Below are positions 31,482 through 32,000 of a DNA stretch of 32,000 nt, piece by piece; the first letter of the stretch is position 1; every line of letters starts with the position of its first letter. The stretch spans positions 300,001 through 332,000 of the forward strand of contig NC_014824.1 in assembly GCF_000179635.2 (NCBI RefSeq), written 5' to 3'. Source of the stretch: Ruminococcus albus 7 = DSM 20455. GTDB taxonomy: Bacteria; Bacillota; Clostridia; Oscillospirales; Ruminococcaceae. A program made the position numbers and the translations under genes. The notes beneath the pieces were generated by a model that did not search any database, was not told the DNA's origin, and saw nothing but the letters and a program-made list of their open reading frames with translations.

Positions 31482-32000
31482 TTATGCCGTTTTCAGTTCA
31501 AAAAGAGAAATTCCAAGTCGGTTTTCTGAAATCTTTGCAAAAAGCTTCTTTATGTTGTATGCAAGTCCCAGCAAAAGGAACTCAGTTCTGATATGATGAT
31601 TTATGATGTCCTTTTCCGTAAACTCGTTCAATACCGAATTTTATCATAAGAGAAGACAGGGTCGAGATCATTTCCGATACTCCTGTATTTTCGGGGAATC
31701 TCACACCATAAGCATAATTTATCTCATCAAGTATCTCAGGCAGTTTGGTACGAAGTTTCTGCTCGTTTTTTGAGATCGCCTTTTTCCAGACGAATGTATA
31801 TCTGTTTGCATTAGCTTCGATCTTGGTGCCATCAATGAACAGGTTCTCGCCGCTTATCTCTTTCATATTCAAAAGATACTTTACAACAGTGTAAAACACA
31901 CGCTCGATCTGTTCTCCCATTTTCTGTCGAAATCTTGAGATAGTGCTGTGATCCGGAGCTCCAAAGCCATCGAGAAGCCACATGAAATGGATATCTCTTT
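31482..32000 (-). pseudogene. IS1182-family transposase remnant with internal deletion; N-terminus beyond the window
   Basis: The N-terminal part (HSTISRFRQK...FIDGTKIEANANRYTFVWKK) stops at 31582. An out-of-frame piece at 31482-31577 encodes the typical extreme C-terminus LLLGLAYNIKKLFAKISENRLGISLFELKTA. The DDE core between them is missing. Confidence 0.65.

Noticed and set aside
31304-31591. 95 aa + strand ORF after spoVS.
   Set aside because: It is the antisense reading of the IS1182 remnant C-terminus and its terminal hairpin, and it has no RBS.

Overview
AT-rich Clostridia-type accessory region, Ruminococcus-like (dockerin modules, SpoVS) and almost entirely + strand. It is built from about 20 short expression cassettes that reuse the same parts. 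Each has a TATAAT promoter, a conserved 5' leader hairpin (loop TGGAGGTCAGAC) and one to six small ORFs, mostly of unknown function. Each ends in a homologous intrinsic terminator (AACGTCTCTC-loop-GAGGGGCGTTTTT), often followed by an 18-20 bp palindrome (TTGTGTCACGCGTGACACAA, 7 copies).

The main signal is a dispersed RNA-guided module. A miniature (453 aa) Cas12f/TnpB-like RuvC protein (16073-17434) reads Asn where the RuvC-I catalytic Asp is expected. It is preceded by a ~120 nt structured RNA and followed by a partial copy of that RNA. Two further copies of a homologous scaffold RNA, differing by 1 nt over 148 nt, lie about 2.2 kb and 11.5 kb upstream. Each is fused to a promoter and a mini-CRISPR array (4+1 and 3 repeats). 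The two arrays share repeat termini but have different, structurally compensated repeat cores. No cas1, cas2 or cas4 is visible in the window.

Four IS elements overlie this:
- an IS1595-family element with a target duplication, inserted between a cassette promoter and its leader
- a TnpB-only IS200/IS605-type element that splits a gene
- an IS200 tnpA element
- an internally deleted IS1182 remnant at the window edge

Recognisable cargo:
- a 5'-truncated orphan DNA methyltransferase
- a secreted C39-like cysteine peptidase with an in-frame TGA directly before its catalytic Cys
- three dockerin proteins (NlpC/P60; LRR plus transglutaminase-like; Ig-like repeat)
- a TARG1/DarG-type macrodomain coupled to a DUF4241-like gene
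- an SMI1/KNR4-like gene in a GC-richer patch
- a DUF4314-like protein and SpoVS

All family assignments come from motif recognition by eye. No database search was run.
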